Shown piece by piece: positions 10,540 through 19,884 of a stretch of DNA of 20,000 bases; positions within the stretch are counted from its first letter, which is position 1; each line of letters opens with the position of its first letter. The DNA is from Jimgerdemannia flammicorona (Eukaryota): the NCBI GenBank assembly GCA_003990765.1, contig RBNJ01000014.1:44706-64705 (forward strand), read 5' to 3'. The position numbers were made by a program, and so were the translations under genes. The notes under the pieces are model-generated. The model was not told the origin of the DNA. It did not search any database and worked only from the letters and a program-made list of their open reading frames with translations.

Positions 10540-10620
10540 TTTCGGATGAAGCGCACTATGAGCACCCCGTTAAACTTCATCATAGGCCTAAGGCGGGATG
10601 GGACATCTCATTTTCAGAAG
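10540..10620 (-). pseudogene. Short fragment of the same family
   Basis: CGGATGAAGCGCACTATGAGCACCCCG...CATCATAGGCCTAAGGCGGGAT matches 13705-13762. Confidence 0.7.
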
Positions 10621-10810
10621 GTGGATCTCAGGATAAGTGCAAACTGCTATTACAGAGGTTAGGGGATGGTGGGTGCCGGACTGCCTAAAAATGAGGTCGA
10701 AGCGATTAAAACGTCACTTAAGAGTATTATAACACGTTGTCTAAAAGGACATTGAACCGATAATTTTATACCTTAGTCCAACGCATTCCGGCCCTTTCTG
10801 TTAATCAAAC

Positions 10811-11190
10811 ATGGGCAACATAAAACGTCAGTCCCGCTTACCTCGTGTAGAAAAGGTGTCTCGCCTTAGTCCTATGAAGGAGGTGTACGATGAAGATCCA
10901 CGACCAAATCCTGGTGAAGAACCGAAAACGCTGAGACAACTTCGTGGTCCTTGACTTGCGGTTCCCGAATTCAGAGCCGGAGAGGCAGCAAAGGGCCCCG
11001 CGGACAGCAGAAACCGAACGGAGATGTCAAGGAGGAGTTGGAAAGATTCAAGTTGAAGCTGGTGATAAAGGTCAGGGGCCGAGCCACCCTGGCCAGCCAT
11101 TGGCCATATGGCCAGCCATCTGGGATCCCTACGAACCTCCCGGTGTACTGGTCGTCGAAGGACCTCAACATGCGCTCGATTCTCTCGCCA
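10811..11190 (+). pseudogene. Orphan myristoylation-motif family paralog 3 (inverted, multiply deleted)
   Basis: Reads MGNIKRQSRLPRVEKVSRLSPMKEVY / IHDQILVKNRKR*DNFVVLDLRFPNSEPER / AKGPADSRNR / ELERFKLKLV / PVYWSSKDLNMR across frameshifts. Confidence 0.85.
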
Positions 11191-11790
11191 AAAATACCCG
11201 CCCTTAAGTCCGCGGTTCCAACATTGCTTTGGGAAGCGCGAACCCTTTATGACCCGGAGATGAAGCATCAAGGGCTATTTACTGCGCACGAGGCTGCTAG
11301 CGAGTGCGCAGTTATTTTTGAAAAATGAAGATGGATACATAAACATAAAACGTTACAATAGCCACAAAAAGTTTAAATTTGGGAACGTGAGTGGCTACAA
11401 GTTTAAAATGGTAATCTATTCGCGTGAGTCGCTTTGGTAAAGATCTTTAATATGAGTTTATATATGATTGGAAGCTGACCTAGAAGGCCTAATTCGTAGT
11501 TGGTACCAGCATCTGCTAATCACAAACAAAGGCTTTGACGATACCCTCGGGTTGTTGTAACTGTTAGTTACTGCCAATTGATAAGATAATATGGATCCTG
11601 AATTTGGGACATTTTCATTATTTTAAAAAAACCTGCCAACACATTTATCAGAAAATGACAAATCTTGACGTAATACCAAATTACAAATTTGGATAATAGA
11701 ATAACATCCAACGATCTCTGGTATGCAGGGAATAATCTTGGCGTCCAAATATGCATTGTGAAGTGAGTAGATAATCGTAAAAAAGGTCAT

Positions 11791-12860
11791 ATGAGGTGGG
11801 TCATTTTCTATTTGCTGATCTCCGTGTCGTCCAACAGCACGCGCACTGAAGTGCCCGACATCATATTCGCCGATGCCCCATGCATGCAACTGTCCATCAG
11901 ATCCCCGATCGAGTTCATCGAGCACCCAACGAAAACCGAGTTCGATGTGGATGTGTACCAGGAGAAGATCTCGTCGACTATCGCCTTCGAACCCATGCAA
12001 CACACGCACGGGGTTATCCAAGTCAAGCAATAAGACCAATCCGACCACGAGCAAGCACTTCCCGACAGACTCACTGACACCAAATCCAACCACCTCCACT
12101 GCTCCTATCCCCAACCGACCCACTTCATTGGAGCGTCCCCTCTCCGCCTCCAGCCTCGCGCCACCTCCCGGACACGTCTGTCTGGAACGTCCCAAGCGTC
12201 GCCACAGCCGCCGCGGCGACCACCACGCGACGCAAGCATATCCCATGCGCGTTGGCAGCATATGATTGATGGCTATATGGTGCGTGACTACAGCTACAAC
12301 TATATACATCACGTGCAAACGGCTCGTGCAGCGGTGGAAGACAACGGCCACACCCTCGAGGCGTGCGGGAGGGGGGAGAGCCAAGAAACTGTCGGCAGGG
12401 AATTTGGCCGCGCTAGAGAGCATTATCAAGGAGAACCGTGGGGCTAGGCTCGTATCCAATTTCCTATCACTTGGCTTGAATTCCATTCGGCTCGCACAAC
12501 CTGAAACTTGTCTTGCTTCCTTACTCGCGCGACGCACGCTTTCGACAACCTCAGTGACTCGGTAGCTGCAATTATCCACCACCTCAAGCTCCAGTTCCTA
12601 GATCCACATCACAATCTTCACGCTTATCTCTCCCGACTTGGCATGGCTCCGATCGATGTCGGTATCTCCCGATCCTTCGTCGATGCCAGCCACAGTACGG
12701 GTATCTATGGCCGAATCGAATTCTTCTTCCACGGAACACAAACTTTTGCGTCTGATGTATACTTCATCCCTACCCTCACACTCAGCAAATTGGAACCGAT
12801 TTCATACCATGGTCAGAAATGAATTCCGAACGGCGAAAACCCTCATCTGCTTAAATTGAT
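11791..12860 (+). pseudogene. Degenerate cassette gene C copy containing a Tc1/mariner-like HTH fragment (12250-12451)
   Basis: A C/G-ending codon-rich frame starts at 11791, with stops and frameshifts. It includes TCKRLVQRWKTTATPSRRAGGGRAKKLSAGNLAALESIIKENRGARL. 12651-12760 is homologous, inverted, to 15491-15594. Confidence 0.5.
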
Positions 12861-13295
12861 TTTATGGAGGAAAAACGTATTAGAATTATAAAATAAAGTA
12901 TACAATATAACATGTCAGCGGATACGACCAGTACTTTTCATGAACTCGGACTGTAAAGCTCCCACTGTTCTTGACTGCGCTATCTCCGGCTCATATCAAT
13001 GAGTCAAAGACCCTGCATTTTTTCCATATAGGAAATACCGGAAGACTTTAGGTGAAGATATTAGTGCGGGATCGTCGAATGATATAGGCATATCAGCCAA
13101 AAGAATAGAAAAGTCGAATCGACGTGGCTTAGCATGGTCATTACAGTATGCTACGTGACATGCCCATATTATACATGCGCCTTTCTATTTCCACACTCTC
13201 ATATTAGCAAGATGCGAATTGTTCATGATACTATTTGTACAATAACCCTCACTGACGAAATGACTGAGGGTGCATGTGCTACACATACGAAATGT

Positions 13296-13829
13296 CTATT
13301 CCAAATCGTGGAATTGAAGTTGAAAGCGAATCAACCGCATGTCAGGGTCCTTCGAAGGCCAATACACCGAGGGATTCACCTTTGTAATGATGTGATTTAC
13401 ACTGAGCCGGCCCCTATTGACCTCTGTTACAAGCTCCAACTTGAATCTTTCAAACTCCGCCTCGGTCTCGTCAAAGCGCTCATCGACGAAGTCCCAGAAT
13501 GCTGCCCAGCTCAGGCGGTCGCAGGCGCTGCGCTCCACGGATTTGAGATTCTTCAACATCTCCTTTCGATTATTACTGTCCGCGGGACCCTTTGCCGTGA
13601 TCGCTACCAGCCTCTCCGGCTCTGAGTTCGCGAACCGTAAATCAAGCACCACGAAGCTGCCCCAGCGTTTTCGATTCTTCACCAGGACGTGATCGTAGAT
13701 CATCCGAATGAAGCGCACTATGAGTACACCGTACACCTCCATCATAGGGCTAAGGCGGGATACCTCATCTTCAGGAGGTGCGTGGGACCGACGTTTTGAG
13801 GCACGGCGGCGAGAGAATATGTTTCCCAT
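13296..13829 (-). CDS. Hypothetical 177-aa protein, orphan family with a predicted N-myristoylation signal (paralog 4, intact)
   Basis: Intact ORF, about 83% identical to 16287..16817 by manual alignment (29 substitutions, 1 indel). The conserved start MGNIFS is preferred over the upstream ATG at 13856. A TATA-like element at ~13880-13890 is shared with paralogs. Confidence 0.82.
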   Translation of the reverse strand: MGNIFSRRRASKRRSHAPPEDEVSRLSPMMEVYGVLIVRFIRMIYDHVLVKNRKRWGSFVVLDLRFANSEPERLVAITAKGPADSNNRKEMLKNLKSVERSACDRLSWAAFWDFVDERFDETEAEFERFKLELVTEVNRGRLSVNHIITKVNPSVYWPSKDPDMRLIRFQLQFHDLE

Positions 13830-14038
13830 ATTGGATTGTAAAATGAATGGATTCAAGTTGTTTCAGAACAGACTGGGAGGGTTTATATTATTTTAGTTTA
13901 AGACGTATGTGTGTGATGCTAGAATTATTAAGTCATGGAAGTACTTAGAATCGAAAAACACCAGGGCAACACGTTAGCGAACTTGTGACTGCTACCGTTA
14001 GTTCTGGAAATTGCCAAGCATCCCAGTCGGATATTAAT

Positions 14039-14700
14039 TCATCCCGTGTCAGTGATGTTGGTGAACGGAGAATTATTTCTATGGATTATGGATGTATACA
14101 AAGCATGTGACAGGGGAGCGATTTCACGATCATACTCTGATACGTTAAACGATAGCAGTATCGTGGGAAAAAGAAAATGAAAAATAGCGAGTGTGAGAAA
14201 CAAGGAAAAATGAATCAATGTTTCCAATATTTTAATCTTGTTGAAACTAGTTGATTGGCATTAGATATCAGCTACCACGCATACTATGACATATCTATCA
14301 TGACGGTTGCCGATTTCGACACGCTTGACACTATTCTCCCTGTCTGAACAGTGGACATGAGTGGCTAGGCGTCGATGCCGGTGGATTATAAATTGTGTTT
14401 CGTGCACTACATACCGTTTCTTTCCCCTTCCAGCGGTACACCACTGTGAGAGTAACACGGAAAACAAGACCAACGGCACCTTTGATAAGCATGGTCTATT
14501 CGGACGCTTGCATGCCAGGCCTTCCAGGAAGAAAATTGGTGCACTAGGTACGGGAAGATATTGGTCGGGGTCGGCCTCTGCCCGCTCGGGGTTATGTGGA
14601 AATTGCGCATTTTGGCCTGTCAAGGATGTGTATAAAGATCGAAATTGATAAGTGTGATTGTTAGCGAGGCGAGGAGTGACTTGGTTTTGGGTTGTGGTTG
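14039..14700 (-). pseudogene. Cassette gene B copy 1: probably spliced, degenerate, with a hydrophobic segment
   Basis: Homologous to 18080-18890. Candidate introns are GTATGT...TAG at 14414-14365 (50 nt) and GTATGC...CTAAT...TAG at 14284-14247. The segment LLSFNVSEYDREIAPLS is conserved as LLSFSVSAQQREIAPLS in copy 2. Confidence 0.4.
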
Positions 14701-14708
14701 TCAAAAGT

Positions 14709-14729
14709 TGATGTTTTATATAAACATCA
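14709..14729 (-). promoter_or_regulatory. TATA box embedded in an 8-bp inverted repeat, upstream of gene B copy 1
   Basis: TGATGTTT-TATAT-AAACATCA; the - strand contains TATATAAA. Identical at 18899-18919. Confidence 0.55.
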
Positions 14730-15199
14730 CTAGTCGCCTACACGTTTCGACGCGCAGAGCAATTTGGGAGAAATGACAACGTGAGCGAAGCATACAGACA
14801 CACGCTGTTTTCGTCCCGTTCGCTTAGTTGAGACAACCACGACAAAGAAAAAAGTAACATCTTGGCAGACAAGACAATGGAAAGCAGTATACTTATGACA
14901 ATTGTGTATTTTATGGTGGTTCATAAGAAATCTGCTGTACATAATCCTATGTCTATGCACCAAATTGTGAATAAGTTGATGCTTCATAAATTGGGTAACC
15001 TGGTTTGCATAATTCGATTACATAGCAGATAGGATATTTAAGGATAAACAGAGTTCTAAAGGTTTGGGTCTACATGGCGTAGCCGAACAGCACAGTAAAA
15101 AGGTAAAATAGGATTACTGACATCCTCGTCCGTTTGTATACGGCTTCAGGAAATCGCAATAGGAGTCGATAAAATTATTCCTGAGGAAGAAATAAAACC

Positions 15200-15990
15200 A
15201 ACGAGAATTTAAGCAGATTCACCGATTTCGCCTAGTTCAGTTACTGGAGTTGCTAGTGAGAATAAAATCGACTAATAAGTTGTGACGCACTATTCACCGA
15301 ATGACTGGGTGGCCCCAGCTCCAGTTAAAGCTTCTCGAAGACGGAACGGCTGCGCTCGCGAAGGAATCACGCCAACACTATCGTGGCACCTCCTCAAACT
15401 CCGCTGGGATCATGCTCTCACGCAATCGATCGGGATTCTTCGCGACAGCGACGGACGCGATATCCCGTGGTAGCACAGGGTTGCAACAGCATACATCAGA
15501 CGCAGGAGTTTGTGTCCCGTAGATAAAAAGCTCGGGGGAGATAGTCGATCCGTGACTGGCGTCGTCGAAGGATCGGGAGATACCGCCGTCGATCAGAACC
15601 GGCGCGTCTTGGTGAACGTGCGGGAGTAGAGGTCGTGGTAACTGTAGCCAAGCGGTGGTCGGAGAGACGTTGCGCGGGGAGCGTTGACATGTGTACCAGT
15701 CGGTTGTTTGGTGCGCAGGAGGAGTTTCGGCAGCGGCTGTCAGGGATCAATTGTTTATAGGCTCGGATTCCAACAGGTATAGACGAAACACACACCACGG
15801 ATTCCATTTCTTGTTTCAACTCTTTGGGTGCGGAATGCATCGCGGGCTTCCCGTTGACAGTGGCGACAATTCCTTTGCGAACTCTCCTTCACAATAAGTG
15901 AATATCGGTGAGTTTATCAGCGGGAAACCAGACGAGATAGTCAACGAGTTGCGGGACGCCTAGTTGAGAGAGATGGGCGTGAAAGCGGTT
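15200..15990 (-). pseudogene. Cassette gene C copy (degenerate)
   Basis: The frame VLIDGGISRSFDDASHG...FIYGTQTPASDV matches PIDVGISRSFVDASHS...FFHGTQTFASDV at 12651-12760. 15240-15390 matches 19435-19595 (CWRDSF, ELGPPSHSVN). Confidence 0.5.
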
Positions 15991-16286
15991 AGTGCGGGCC
16001 TCATAGGGAAACAGAGATTCATGGCATAATACTTTGACTCCATCGCATACTGCGCACCTTCCGGCTCACAGTGAGCGACCATGTTTTTATTGCATATGGG
16101 AAACTTAAACGGAAGAGATTAGAATACAAGCATAAGCAAATCAATCGAAACGACTTAGCATAATTTAAATATACATGCAACATTTCCCTCATATTAGCAT
16201 ATTGCATATTGTTCGTGATGATGTATGTACAATAACTCTTCACTGCCGAATTGGTTAAGGGTGTATGTGTTCGACATACAAAATGT

Positions 16287-16817
16287 CTATTCCAAGTCGT
16301 GGAATTGGAGTTGAAAGCGAATCAACCGCATGTCGGGGTCCTTCGAAGGCCAATACACCGAGGGATTCGCTTTTGTAATGATATGGTTTACTGTGAGTTG
16401 GCCCCTATTCACCTTTCTCACAAGCTCCAACTTGAATCTTTCAAATTCCCCCTCGGTCTCGTCAAAGCGCTCATCGACGAAGTCCCAGAAGGTCTCCCAA
16501 TTCAGGCGGTCGCAGGCGCTGCGCTCCACGGATTTGAGTTTTTCCAATATCTCCTTTCGATTCTTGCTGTCCGCGGGACCCTTTGCCGTGACCGCCACCA
16601 GCCTCTCCAGCTCTGAGTTCGGGAACCGCAAGTCAAGCACCACGAAGCTGCCCCAGTGTTTTCGGTTCTTCACCAGGACGCGGTCGTGGATCATCTGGAT
16701 GAAGCGCACTAAGAGCATACCATGCACCTCCATCATAGGACTAAGGCGGGATACTTCATCTTCAGGAGTTGCGCGTGACTGACGTTTTGAGAAACGATGG
16801 AGAGAGAATATTCCCAT
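16287..16817 (-). CDS. Hypothetical 176-aa protein, same orphan family (paralog 5, intact)
   Basis: Intact ORF MGIFSLHRFSKR...FQLQFHDLE, colinear with 13296..13829. Shares the 5' TATA-like element (~16898-16908) and a ~250-bp 3' flank with paralogs. Confidence 0.82.
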   Translation of the reverse strand: MGIFSLHRFSKRQSRATPEDEVSRLSPMMEVHGMLLVRFIQMIHDRVLVKNRKHWGSFVVLDLRFPNSELERLVAVTAKGPADSKNRKEILEKLKSVERSACDRLNWETFWDFVDERFDETEGEFERFKLELVRKVNRGQLTVNHIITKANPSVYWPSKDPDMRLIRFQLQFHDLE

Positions 16818-16942
16818 GTTGGATTGGTGAAAGGTTGCAATGCGTTGGGTAAAGGTGTAAAATGAATGGATTCAAGGTGGTTCAGACCAGACTGGAAGGG
16901 TTTATATTTATATAAATTAATTGTATGAACACCTTAAAATTT

Positions 16943-17270
16943 ATGTGTATACTAAGAGTACAGCGTTTTTCCTTTACAACGAGTAACCTTGACGTCACGT
17001 CAACCTCGGATTTATATAAATTGATGGCGTTCCTCCTTCAAGGGAGTAACCTTGACGTCAAGTCAACCCCGGGTTTATATAAATGATGGCAGTAGACACC
17101 TTATGATGCATGTGTATACTAATAAGCAATTCAAAGAGTACCGCAACGAGCAACCGCACGTCAACCCCGTGAATATTGCGTGACGTAATGCGTGACGTCT
17201 GCGTGACGCATTGCGTAACGTATTGCGTGGTATTTGATTGGTTTGTCTACCACGTGACTACATGACGTAA
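16943..17270. promoter_or_regulatory. Repeat-built cluster of CRE/ATF-like (TGACGT) sites with CCAAT and E-box
   Basis: TGACGTCA at 16990 and 17053 lies within a ~48-bp direct repeat (16981-17028, 17044-17090). A tandem GCGTGACG.. unit repeats about five times at 17178-17230. Also GATTGG, CACGTG and ATGACGT (17262-17268). Confidence 0.6.
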
Positions 17271-18079
17271 GCCTTCTTGGATCATCGTCTCAAAGAAACG
17301 GGCGGTTGTTTATCTCTCGAGGTCCACGGACATATATACGTATCCATTCCATGTAAATTATCAATTTTTATGACCACTTGGTCACCGTATCGAGTTTCAA
17401 TGTCGAACAAAAATCAGGTATTAATGAGGCTGCGATCCGAAATATATTATCATCGTGGAATCCATAGAAAACTCTCCACAATGTAATTAGTTATCGTGTC
17501 TAGCCCTGAAATGATAATATACGATGTATCTGCTACTGTTGTTCGGCAAATGTTAGGATTGCCTGGCGTGCCGAGGATACTTTAGAGAAATTGGCTTTAT
17601 TGATGGCATCCATGTGGAATGTATAGGAACGAGGGACGCCTATTTTGGAGCACGCTGGCCTCGTCTAAATCCAGGAGGTATTGGACGAGTTCAGTAAATA
17701 TTTACAATATATGTGATATGTATTCCCGAGAAATAATCCCCTGACACGGTCGAGATAATTTAAGCCTGTCTTTTACGACCGTCTACAACGCAGGCCCATC
17801 GTGGTTCCTAATCGGAACTTCTACATCGCACGGCCAACGATAATGCTGCCAGGATTATCCACAGCCTCACTCGTGACATTAAAAAAATTTTGAGTAAGGA
17901 AACGAAGGACGAGAAGAATGTAATTAATTGCGCCTCGGTAGTTATTAGCAAGCTTTGCTCGGCGCACTCGTAGCGTCTTGGAATATAAATAGTAAAAATT
18001 GACTGCATACAAATTTCCCTCCTAGAACAGATTACACGTGTACATGTGACGTCGGTTGATAGTTGCGCTAAGTCGGATA

Positions 18080-18890
18080 AAAATTCACCCCAGGTGAACG
18101 GAGAGAAGTTATTTCTTCTATGAATTCATACAAAGTAGGTGACAGGGGAGCAATTTCACGTTGTTGCGCTGATACGCTGAACGATAGCAGCGTCGTGGGA
18201 AAAGGAAAAATGAAAAGTAGCGAGAATGGGAGACAAGGAAAAAGGAATCCAATGTCATCGTCACTTTGGCTGATATCAGTTCATGTCTTGACAGTATTAA
18301 ACCTCATGAGTAATGGGTTATTCAAGCGTATTCTTTTAATTGGAATCCGTTGCAAAGTTAATATATAACTTCTCTATCACCCCCAAAAATACACTTGTGT
18401 AAGGGTTGCCGGTTTCGACACGCTTGAGATATGCGACATGAGTGGGCCTAAGCGCCAATGCTGGTGGATTACACATTGTGTTCCGTGCACTACATACTCG
18501 CTTCTTCCTTCAACCAGCGTTCTTAATGCACCATTTGAGAGGAACGCAGACAAGATCAATTTTGACATCATTTTCGTGAATGTATATACGCTTCATAGAA
18601 AAACGACACCTTAATAAGCGTAGTCAATTGGTACGTTTGCATGTCAGGAAAGAAAATTTGTGCGCCAGGTGCGGGAAGATGTTGGTCGGGAGTCGGCCTG
18701 CACATGCCCGCTCGGGGTTGTGTGGGAATTCGGTGGAGCAAACGCGGGGAGACGCTTTGGAATGTGGTTGCGCGGAGGTGACCTACTGGGCGCCTGTTGG
18801 GCTGTCAAGTATAAAGATCGAAAGCGGTAAGTGTGCTTGTTAGTGAGGCGAGGTGCGACTTGGTATTGGGTTATGAGAAAATTTGAGTTG
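18080..18890 (-). pseudogene. Cassette gene B copy 2 (degenerate)
   Basis: Colinear with 14060-14700. The candidate intron GTATGT...TAG at 18497-18448 is also exactly 50 nt. Frameshifts and stops relative to copy 1. Confidence 0.4.
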
Positions 18891-18898
18891 TCAAAAGT

Positions 18899-18919
18899 TG
18901 ATGTTTTATATAAACATCA
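18899..18919 (-). promoter_or_regulatory. TATA box within an 8-bp inverted repeat, upstream of gene B copy 2
   Basis: Identical to 14709-14729; the flanking 18891-18946 is nearly identical to 14701-14756. Confidence 0.55.
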
Positions 18920-19397
18920 CTCGTCGCCTCCACGTTTCGACGCGCAGTGCGGTGTGAGAGAATGACAGCGTGAGCGAAGTATAGATACACACTGTCCTTC
19001 GAACTAATTGCTCTGTTTGCTTAGTTGAGACAACCAAAAACAAGGAAAAAAAGATAGGAGTTTAAGCATTGCTTATATCAACGGGTAATCGTGTATTTTA
19101 TGGTGGTTCATAAGAAATATACTGTACATAATTCTATATCTATGCTCTAATTGTGAATAAAGTTGATGCTTCACAAATTGGTTAATCTAGTTTGCATAAT
19201 TCAAATACATTAAAAATAACATATGCTTAGGGTATATAGGAGTGTGTCTACATGGCGTAGCCGAACAGCGTAGTAAAATAGTAAAATAGGATTACTGGAG
19301 TCCGTCTGGATACGGCGAAATCTGTGCTTCAGGAAATCGCAATGGGAGCCGATAAACAGTTATTTCTGAGGAGGAAATAAAGCTAATTCGCAAAAAT

Positions 19398-19884
19398 TTA
19401 ATCACATTCGCCGTGACCGGACCCATTTTTTCCTTGGAGTTGGTAGTGAAAATAAAACCGACAAATAGGTTGCGACGCCCTATTCACTGAATGACTGGGT
19501 GGCCCCAACTCCGGCTGAAGAACCTCAACGAACGACATGGTCCGCGTCGAAAACGGAACGGCTACGCTCTTGAAGGAATCACGCCAACACTCTCGCAGCA
19601 CCGTCTCAATTTCCCTCTTCACGGGGGTTTCGGGGGCCTCGCCGAATTCGGGAGGTAGTTCTAGAAGCCTTCCGAAAACCCTATGCGAAAAGGTCGGGAG
19701 GCTATGAGGACAATGCGAGGGATCGTTCCGCGAAGCCCTCCGGGTTCTGAGATTTGGTGGATTCTGGGAATAAGTGGATTCTGGGGAATTTGTGGATTCT
19801 GACGAAGACTGCAACCCTGGCTAATTCGTTGGTAGATTCTGGTTCTGGTTTCTGTTCTGGTACCCTCTTCCTCATCCTTCCCAA
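19398..19884 (-). pseudogene. Cassette gene C copy with PEST-like repeats (frameshifted, or a short hypothetical CDS)
   Basis: ORFs 19398..19814 and 19702..19884 overlap in different frames and both encode PEST(N/K/Y) units from a ~17-18-bp GTGGATTCTGG repeat (19757-19802). The 3' part is homologous to 15240-15390. Confidence 0.45.

Larger units (their letters stand above)
12960..19600. repeat. Tandem segmental duplication: unit 1 ~12960-15400, unit 2 ~16040-19600
   Basis: Colinear anchors: 13296/16287, 14105/18137, 14701/18891, 15070/19249 and 15290/19480. Unit 2 has an extra ~1.1 kb at ~16920-18060. Confidence 0.88.

Noticed and set aside
11796-11838. Signal-peptide-like MRWVIFYLLISVSS start of ORF 11791
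   Set aside because: The same bases read as a plausible short intron (GTGGGT...GCTGAT...CAG), so a secreted-protein call is unsupported.
11623-12582. Longest ORF in the window (319 aa, - strand)
   Set aside because: It is codon-aligned antisense to the C/G-ending + frame starting at 11791, has no recognisable motif, and homology with other copies follows the + strand. Most likely a shadow ORF, though not formally excluded.
13134-13692. + strand ORFs (163 aa, 91 aa) overlapping paralog 4, with counterparts at 16251..16616, 16330..16782 and 9882..10091
   Set aside because: Antisense shadows of the myristoylation-motif gene; their starts and lengths are not conserved between copies, whereas the - strand ORF boundaries are.
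13830-13856. Upstream ATG giving a 186-aa version of paralog 4 (and MKKVSF... for paralog 1)
   Set aside because: Not conserved among paralogs; all copies share the MG start. A longer non-myristoylated isoform cannot be excluded.
16981-17230. Direct repeats resembling a CRISPR array
   Set aside because: Only 2-3 degenerate copies, with irregular spacing, no unique equal-length spacers, no cas genes and a eukaryotic context.
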